A stretch of DNA of 53,958 bases from an uncultured bacterium (GTDB lineage Bacteria > Krumholzibacteriota > Krumholzibacteriia > LZORAL124-64-63). Each line of letters begins with the position of its first letter. Positions within the stretch are counted from its first letter, which is position 1. Location of the stretch: assembly GCA_965365795.1 (NCBI GenBank), contig CBDUDB010000001.1, positions 1 through 53,958 on the forward strand. Reading direction: 5' to 3'. Shown here in pieces: positions 48,452-53,958 of this stretch. Position numbers and translations under genes: made by a program. The notes below the pieces were generated by a model. The model ran no database searches, was not told where the DNA came from, and saw nothing but the letters and a program-made list of their open reading frames with translations.

Positions 48452-49063
48452 TCAGGAAAACCGGCGCAGAACACCAATGACCACACCCTGAACCTGAACC
48501 CGATCCTCAGGAATCTTGAGCACGGGAACGGTCGGATTGGCGGGCTGCAGTCTGACCTGGGCTCCTTCACGGAAATACTGTTTGACGGTGACCGAATCCC
48601 CATCCACCAGAGCGATGATGGTTTCGCCGTTCCGCGCCGTTTCCCGGGCTTCGACCACGACCGTATCACCGTCCCTGATCTGTTCGTCGATCATGGAGTC
48701 ACCACGAACACGCAGGGCGTAGGTGCGGCCCTTGCCGAGCCATTCCTCGGGCAGATTGAGATCTTCCTGATCCTCGAGAGCCTCGATTGGCAAACCGGCC
48801 GCCACGGTTCCCAGCAGAGGAATGCGGGCCATCCCACGCGGGCCGCCGCCGTGCCCGACAACCTCCAGGTCCCGAGCGGCGTTTCGGCGTTCCCGCCGCA
48901 GATACCCTTTTTCCACCAGGTGACTGATGTGCTTGTGAACGGTCGCCACGGAGGAAAGCCCGAATCTATCTCCGATCTCCTGCAGGGTCGGGGCATACCC
49001 CCGGCTGTCACTGTATTCGGTGATATAGGTCAGGATTTCAGCTTGTCTCGGAGTGAGTCCCAT
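48452..49063 (-). CDS. lexA: LexA repressor (S24 peptidase)
   Basis: 203 aa with a winged-HTH N-terminus (LTPRQAEILTYITEY...GYAPTLQEIGDRFGLSSVATVHKHISHLVEKGYL), the cleavage site VAAG, the catalytic Ser in RVRGDSM and the Lys in VTVKQY. Confidence 0.93.
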   Translation of the reverse strand: MGLTPRQAEILTYITEYSDSRGYAPTLQEIGDRFGLSSVATVHKHISHLVEKGYLRRERRNAARDLEVVGHGGGPRGMARIPLLGTVAAGLPIEALEDQEDLNLPEEWLGKGRTYALRVRGDSMIDEQIRDGDTVVVEARETARNGETIIALVDGDSVTVKQYFREGAQVRLQPANPTVPVLKIPEDRVQVQGVVIGVLRRFS

Positions 49064-49130
49064 GTTCGCCTCCTGCGAAAAATGACCTGTCAGGATCCGG
49101 CTCCCCCAAACCCGATATAGCCAAATTAGA

Positions 49131-49168
49131 CGAAAGATTGGCGAAAGTCCAGCGAAAATTTACGAAAA
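49131..49168. repeat. Four helically phased direct repeats CGAAA(G/A) in the lexA promoter region
   Basis: CGAAAG occurs at 49131 and 49142, and CGAAAA at 49153 and 49163, with spacings of 11, 11 and 10 bp. The third and fourth copies sit within a near-palindrome CGAAAATTTACG (49153..49164). The array lies 68-105 nt upstream of the lexA ATG. Confidence 0.7.
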
Positions 49169-49206
49169 ACCTGGACGGGAGAACATGAGGTGGAAGGTGG
49201 GGGCAT

Positions 49207-50178
49207 TCAGCCTTTCAATTCCTTGACCTGGGATACGAGCCCCTGCAGTGATTGACGAGGGCCGGTTTCCAGCAACCGGAAAACTTCGTCCAATTCCGGC
49301 AGGCCCCGGCGCCCCCCCCAGTCCCGGCACTTCAACCCGGCCACCGCAGCCCCCCATTCCAGGCAGAAGCCGAAGTCCAGCCCCTGGGCCAGAGCGAAGG
49401 CATAACCGGCGTGATACGCGTCCCCGGCCCCGGTGGTATCCTTGACCGGAACCGTAAAGGCTGGCACGGGAACCGGGCGGTCATCCTCCAGCCCGAGGAC
49501 CCCATCTTGCCCGAAGGTCATCGCCACGCGGGACGGCCCCATGTCCCGCAGAGCCCGCAAGGCATCCAGCGGATCTGCTAAACCGGTTAGGGCCGGCGCA
49601 AATTCCCGCGAACTGACAACGTCGGTGCAACAGGCCACCAGCTCGGCACTGCCGGTGCGGACGGATCCGGCATCCATAACCACGGGCAGGCCTCGTTCCA
49701 GGGCGACCTCCGCCAATCGGATCGTGGTTTCAGGTTCGTGACCGTCAACAAATAATAAATCCGTATCGTCCAGAAGATCCGGCGAGGCCCCGGCGGGATC
49801 CAGTTGCGGGAGATCCCCACGCGACCAGAAAATGGTCCGGTGAGCCCGGGCTTCATCGACCAGTATGACAGCTTGAGGACTCTGAAAGCCACTCAGGATC
49901 GGACTCAGAGAAATATCCACTCCCTGTGCCCGCAGTTCCCCGCGCTGAACCTGGCTGGGAAAGTCATCGGCGAACGGCGTGAGGAGTTTGACCGCGGCTC
50001 CTAGCTTGGCCAAGGCCACCGAGGCGGTCGCCCCCGGGCCACCCCCGCCGGTGATCACCCGGGAAACCTCCGTCTTCTGGTCGGGAACCGGGAGGCCATT
50101 TACCGGAACAATCATGTCGAAGGCGTTGTAACCCACCACCAGAATGCGCCGCTTTTTCACTTCCAACGGTCCGAACAC
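49207..50178 (-). CDS. PfkB-family carbohydrate kinase (ribokinase-like)
   Basis: It has an N-terminal RILVVGYNAFD, a GG dipeptide region and the C-terminal motif DTTGAGDAYHAGYAF. I favour the GTG at 50178, preceded by AAGGAGG. The ORF-track TTG start is at 50202. Confidence 0.85.
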   Translation of the reverse strand: MFGPLEVKKRRILVVGYNAFDMIVPVNGLPVPDQKTEVSRVITGGGGPGATASVALAKLGAAVKLLTPFADDFPSQVQRGELRAQGVDISLSPILSGFQSPQAVILVDEARAHRTIFWSRGDLPQLDPAGASPDLLDDTDLLFVDGHEPETTIRLAEVALERGLPVVMDAGSVRTGSAELVACCTDVVSSREFAPALTGLADPLDALRALRDMGPSRVAMTFGQDGVLGLEDDRPVPVPAFTVPVKDTTGAGDAYHAGYAFALAQGLDFGFCLEWGAAVAGLKCRDWGGRRGLPELDEVFRLLETGPRQSLQGLVSQVKELKG

Positions 50179-50262
50179 CAAACCCTCCTTGTTGCTGGTC
50201 AAGACGATGTGTTAATCTGCCCAAGTTAACCACAGGCAAAATATTTCCGGGAAAGGATCGCG

Positions 50263-50607
50263 ATGGGTTCCTGTCTTTTCTGCGACATCGCCGCAGGCAA
50301 AATACCATGCACCCAAGTGCGTAGCGATGAAAAGTTCCTGGCCTTCCGGGATATCGAGCCCCAGGCACCAACCCACATCCTGATCATCCCCCGGAAACAC
50401 ATCACCGGTTTGACCGACTTGCAGGATTCAGACCGGGACCTGCTGGGAGACCTCCTTCTGGCGGCGACCCGCATCGCGGATGATGAAGGTCTGGAAAATA
50501 CCGGATATCGATGCGTCATCAATTGTGGAACCGACGGAGGCCAAACCGTGGGCCACCTCCACCTCCACCTTCTCGGGGGGCGCCCCTTGTCGTGGCCGCC
50601 CGGATGA
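50263..50607 (+). CDS. HIT-family (histidine triad) nucleotide-binding protein
   Basis: 114 aa with CLFCDIAAGKIP and the histidine triad HLHLHLLGG. This is the only plus-strand gene in the window. Confidence 0.92.
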   Translation: MGSCLFCDIAAGKIPCTQVRSDEKFLAFRDIEPQAPTHILIIPRKHITGLTDLQDSDRDLLGDLLLAATRIADDEGLENTGYRCVINCGTDGGQTVGHLHLHLLGGRPLSWPPG

Positions 50608-50629
50608 TCCAAGGCGATCACCCTACGAC

Positions 50630-50668
50630 AAAAAGAGCCCTGGCAGATCCTGCCGGGGCTCCTCTTTT
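50630..50668. terminator. Bidirectional intrinsic terminator between the convergent HIT gene and the winged-helix protein gene
   Basis: The sequence is AAAAA-GAGCCCTGGCAG-ATC-CTGCCGGGGCTC-CTCTTTT. It forms a 12-bp stem (one G-U pair) flanked by an A-tract and a T-tract, so it can serve both strands. Confidence 0.75.
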
Positions 50669-50682
50669 GGAAAGTACTTGAA

Positions 50683-51168
50683 TCAGGCTATGTCGTAGAC
50701 ACCCCTGGACACTCTTTTGACGGCCTTGCTGGTGGACAGGGTCCGACGAAGAACGTTGTCGAAATTCCCGCTCTTGGTCTTGAAAAGTTTCCCTTTGACG
50801 ATACGGGCCTTGAGATCCTGAAAAGCCACAGGCCCACGCTTCTTTCGGATAACAGCCACGATGACATCTTCCAGTTTCATCTTACCGGAGCCGGCGGTCT
50901 TGCGGGTGCGCGGGGCTTTTTTCTTCACCCGCTTTTTCCGGGTCGCCTTTTTGGCGGCAGATTTCCTGCGCACGGTTTTCACGGCGCCGGCACCCGCACT
51001 CGCCGTACCGCTCATGAGTTTGCCAAGTTCCTTTTCGACCTTCGCCAGTGCCTTCACCAGCCGGGTCTTTTCCACTTCGAGAACATCGATCCGTTCTCGT
51101 GCAGCCAGCAACTGTTTGAGATCGGCAGTGCTAAGATCTTTCAACAGGGATGATTTCTTGCGGGGCAT
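50683..51168 (-). CDS. Lys/Arg-rich histone-H1-like protein with C-terminal winged-helix (HARE-HTH-like) domain
   Basis: The start is placed at MPRKKSSLLKDL, with GGAGGTG five nt upstream. It has an N-terminal coiled-coil, a basic tract (KKATRKKRVKKKAPRTRK) and a C-terminal globular segment of about 65 aa (MKLEDVIVAVIRKKRGPVAFQDLKARI...VSRGVYDI). Confidence 0.65.
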   Translation of the reverse strand: MPRKKSSLLKDLSTADLKQLLAARERIDVLEVEKTRLVKALAKVEKELGKLMSGTASAGAGAVKTVRRKSAAKKATRKKRVKKKAPRTRKTAGSGKMKLEDVIVAVIRKKRGPVAFQDLKARIVKGKLFKTKSGNFDNVLRRTLSTSKAVKRVSRGVYDIA

Positions 51169-51280
51169 GTTCACCTCCGGGTCCGGGCAAAAAAGGTCGG
51201 TGGCTTCGCCGCTTCCAGGCGAGCACGAGGCAACCATTGTCCCATCAACCTAGGAGTGAGTAATAAATGTGTCAACGCTG

Positions 51281-51309
51281 ATATTACCAGAATATTTATT
51301 ACAGGTCAC
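51281..51309 (-). promoter_or_regulatory. Candidate sigma-70 promoter (GTGACC-N17-TGGTAATAT, extended -10) for the winged-helix protein gene
   Basis: On the minus strand, GTGACC lies at 51309..51304, then a 17-nt spacer ending in TGG, then TAATAT at 51286..51281. It is bracketed by the 9-bp inverted repeat GTAATAAAT/ATTTATTAC (51302..51294 and 51268..51260). Confidence 0.4.
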
Positions 51310-52976
51310 CGGTCGGGATAGTTGAAAACACTCATTCTTCCTGATGAATAGTTCACCATGTTGGCCCCCTGGGGAATAACCCGGATGGCCCGAATGGCAC
51401 GACGTTCGTCCAGGTGAATCGGCTCCAACCTGTTCATGGCACCGGAGCCTCCGGCCACTTCCATGAGATGTCCGGCATTGGGACAATCCGCGTGGCTGAA
51501 CAGGCCGAGAGTGTGGCCGAACTCGTGAAGCGCAATCCCCTGCACCTTGGCGAATTCATCGAGACCTTCAGGATCTGTATTTATCCAGATTTCCATTTTA
51601 ATGGGAATGACTTCGCCCAGAACCTTGCCCACGGGCAAAAGGAGTTGGACCTCTCCGTAGTTCTGGGGCCGATATTCGAACAGGAAAACGATATCCGCGT
51701 CCGCTTCGTCGGTGGTGCTTACCAGGAAATCGGTTTCCTCGATCCCCAGCAGGTTCGCGTCGTTCCGCATCGTGAGATTCCAGAAATCCAGTGCGGCGAG
51801 ACAGGACTGCCCGAGATCCACTCCCGCCCCGTTAACGACCCCGGAGGGGATATACACCGAAACAGGATACTCGCCCCAGGTGAACAGCTGAGATTTGGCC
51901 GGAACCCCGGGGACCTCCAAAGTGCGCGTCATGGAGCGCAGGTATTCCAAAAACTCTCCGGTCCAGCAACCCGGGTCACCCAGTTCATATTGGTTGAGCA
52001 AGGCAATGTGGACGCGGGTCGTTTCCTGCTGGACGGTCAACGGTTCGGTCAGGAAATTGTACAGCCCGTTGGCGGTGGTGGCGACCTGGATACTGTCAAT
52101 ATTTCGAAAGGGTTCGTTGAACAGGAAAACGCCCCGCCCATCTGTATTTCCCGAAACCTCACCCGTGGTAACTCCAACAACCGGCAGGGGCAGACCCGCA
52201 TCGTCGGTGACCAGTCCACCCAGGTACCAGGGCCAGGTGATATCATGCAGGATACTTACGGTCAAAGGAGACAACTGCTGGCGGTCGTCGCGCACCCTCA
52301 CGGAGAACCAGGCCATTTCACCAGGCCGCATGCCGTGCTCCTGCTCGGAATAGATCTTGTAAAAACCCACCTCGCCCGGCACAGGTGGATAGCGTCCGAG
52401 AACCGTGGCCTGTTCCCAGTTACTTTCGGAAATGGGCCCGTCATAGCTGACCGCAACTATGTATTCAACCAGGGGAAAGGTGGCTCCGGAGACCCGGATC
52501 CACGACACGGCCACATCCGCGGGATTCGGCCCGGCCTGGGCATCGACGTTGGGAACCTCGGGCGGAATGGCCAATATGTCTTCTTCCACATCGATGACCC
52601 AGTAATAGGTGTCCCGTACGGCCCCGGTAAAGGCGCCCACCTCAAGAGTGTCCCGCCCGACGACAGCGGGGACATAATTGAGGAGGGGATCCTGCCCGAC
52701 AAGAACCCCTCCCCGATACCAGTTCACCGTTAGGCTGGCGGCGGGAATGGCCGAGGCGGAAAAATCCATGGTCTGGCTGAGAAACAAACTCTGGCCCTGC
52801 CCCAGCGGTGAAAACCGGATGGACGGTGTGGGATCGGGTTTCACTTCAGGTTCCGTGCTGCTGGAACAGCCCCACAGATGGCCGATCAAGAGCAGACATA
52901 AGCCCAAACAGATCCGGATGAGTGTATTCCGGCGGCCTGATGTCGGGAGGGAGTATCGAGTGCGTTCGTTTATCAT
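51306..52976 (-). CDS. Predicted lipoprotein with C-terminal zinc metalloprotease (metzincin/matrixin-like) domain
   Basis: 556 aa. It has a lipobox (LIGHLWGCSSS), beta-rich N-terminal domains and a C-terminal ALHEFGHTLGLFSHAD (HExxHxxG...H/D zinc site). Confidence 0.75.
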   Translation of the reverse strand: MINERTRYSLPTSGRRNTLIRICLGLCLLLIGHLWGCSSSTEPEVKPDPTPSIRFSPLGQGQSLFLSQTMDFSASAIPAASLTVNWYRGGVLVGQDPLLNYVPAVVGRDTLEVGAFTGAVRDTYYWVIDVEEDILAIPPEVPNVDAQAGPNPADVAVSWIRVSGATFPLVEYIVAVSYDGPISESNWEQATVLGRYPPVPGEVGFYKIYSEQEHGMRPGEMAWFSVRVRDDRQQLSPLTVSILHDITWPWYLGGLVTDDAGLPLPVVGVTTGEVSGNTDGRGVFLFNEPFRNIDSIQVATTANGLYNFLTEPLTVQQETTRVHIALLNQYELGDPGCWTGEFLEYLRSMTRTLEVPGVPAKSQLFTWGEYPVSVYIPSGVVNGAGVDLGQSCLAALDFWNLTMRNDANLLGIEETDFLVSTTDEADADIVFLFEYRPQNYGEVQLLLPVGKVLGEVIPIKMEIWINTDPEGLDEFAKVQGIALHEFGHTLGLFSHADCPNAGHLMEVAGGSGAMNRLEPIHLDERRAIRAIRVIPQGANMVNYSSGRMSVFNYPDR

Positions 52977-53049
52977 GTTATGTCTATAATAAGAAACGGG
53001 ACGGTATTAGACAATACCCCGGCCTCAAATCCGACTCCCTGACGGAGGG

Positions 53050-53958
53050 TTAAAAATCACCTTGGTATTTCCTGTCTGCAGGGGTTATCCACCATTCCGC
53101 CAGGTTATTGATCGGTGACAACAAATGGGGCCGGACGTCGCGCAGACGGGGCCCGATCCCCACCAGATTTTCCGGGTAGAATAGATAAGCTGCCGCAGGA
53201 TCGCTGTTTAGCAATTCCTGGATTTCCAGCCAGAAAGGAAGGGCTTTGCCCCTGTCCTTCGTGCCAAGGGCCACTGCCAGCAGGGAATCCACCCGGGCAT
53301 TGGCGTAGTGACCATTGTTGAATTCCTCCACGGCCGTGGATTTTACATACCCTGACGGATCACCATGAAGATTGGCGTTCAACCTGCCCAAGTATGAATC
53401 GAAACGACCGGACCGCAACCGGTCCAGACCCGCGGCCAGCTCCATGGCCAGGATCGAAACCTCCACGCCCACGTCCTTGAGGTTTTCCCTCATGATGACA
53501 GACCCGTTTTCCCGCACCGGGTCCCCCTGCTTGGTCAATATCTCGAAGCGGAATTCTCGTCCGTCCTTGTCGAGCACACCGTTTCCATCACTGTCACTCC
53601 AACCCGCGTCCGCCAACAGGCGCCTGGCGGTGGCCGGGTCGTAGGGGTCCGCCACCAGATCAGGGTGATGATTCCAGATGGCCGGCGGGATGGGACTGGC
53701 GGCAGGAGAACCGTACCCTAGCAAAAGGGTTTCGACCATGCGGCCACGATCAATGGCCAGGGACAGGGCCCGCCGGATGGCGGCCTCGGCAAAAAGAGGG
53801 TTGGCAAAATTCCATTGCAGATAATAAAACTGCCGCCCGCCGTTGGCGGCAATCCTCACCCGCCCAGATTCTTCCAGACGCCGGGCGGCGTCGGGTGGTA
53901 CATGATCCACCAGGTCGACTTCCCCGGTTTCCAGGGCGACCAGCCGCGTGCTTTCCTC
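53050..53958 (-). CDS. ABC transporter substrate-binding protein, family 5 (peptide/nickel type), C-terminal part
   Basis: The reading frame is open to the window edge. The sequence (…LVALETGEVDLVDHVPPDAARRLE...YYLQWNFANPLFAEAAIRRALSLAIDR...) is typical of SBP_bac_5. The N-terminus lies outside the window. Confidence 0.85.
   Translation of the reverse strand, partial: EESTRLVALETGEVDLVDHVPPDAARRLEESGRVRIAANGGRQFYYLQWNFANPLFAEAAIRRALSLAIDRGRMVETLLLGYGSPAASPIPPAIWNHHPDLVADPYDPATARRLLADAGWSDSDGNGVLDKDGREFRFEILTKQGDPVRENGSVIMRENLKDVGVEVSILAMELAAGLDRLRSGRFDSYLGRLNANLHGDPSGYVKSTAVEEFNNGHYANARVDSLLAVALGTKDRGKALPFWLEIQELLNSDPAAAYLFYPENLVGIGPRLRDVRPHLLSPINNLAEWWITPADRKYQGDF

Noticed and set aside
1-53958. 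Search for CRISPR arrays, tRNA/rRNA genes, IS elements, integrases, toxin-antitoxin pairs or known defence-system genes.
   Set aside because: None was seen. There are no spaced identical repeats, no tRNA-like T-arm (GGTTCGAATCC-like) contexts outside coding frames, and every substantial ORF is accounted for by housekeeping or envelope functions.

Overview
High-GC (about 60%) chromosomal window from a diderm, LPS-producing bacterium. The LpxC-FabZ fusion and TAnnTTTG-like promoter elements hint at an FCB-superphylum-like lineage, but that is inference only. I call 48 protein-coding genes. 47 are on the minus strand, tightly packed, with many 1-nt (TGATG) or 4-nt (ATGA) stop/start overlaps. In transcription order (high to low coordinates) the content is: partial family-5 ABC substrate-binding protein; metzincin-like lipoprotein; Lys-rich winged-helix protein; HIT protein (the only + strand gene); PfkB kinase; lexA plus a catalytically degenerate Y-family (ImuB-like) polymerase; hsp20; lon; an LPS-core cluster (four GT9 paralogues, gmhB, DUF3108, GT39/ArnT-like, small phosphoglycosyl transferase); acpS; PhzF-like; acyl-CoA dehydrogenase; TPR protein; aroQ; efp; accB-[pilT]-accC; ftsK; rimO; a hypothetical envelope protein; bamD; nadD; polA; coaE; prfB (programmed +1 frameshift); lysS; lolE/lolD; mcsA-mcsB-clpC; then bamA-skp-lpxD-lpxC/fabZ-lpxA-lpxB-DUF374-lpxK. 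I found no rRNA, tRNA, CRISPR array, transposase, integrase, toxin-antitoxin pair or recognisable defence system. This is essentially a core housekeeping and envelope-biogenesis region, and I did not find a convincing novel multi-gene system. The most noteworthy observations are: (1) helically phased CGAAA direct repeats in the lexA promoter and a GAAA-N7-GAAA tandem in front of the ImuB-like gene, a candidate non-canonical SOS operator; (2) a lone degenerate Y-family polymerase behind lexA with no imuA or dnaE2; (3) a Gram-positive-type McsA/McsB/ClpC arginine-phosphorylation module, without ctsR, translationally coupled to lolD; (4) a self-contained pilT unit, terminator-bracketed, splitting accB from accC; (5) a histone-H1-like/winged-helix protein whose promoter is bracketed by a 9-bp inverted repeat. 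All functional calls rest on motif-level reading of the translations, not on database searches.
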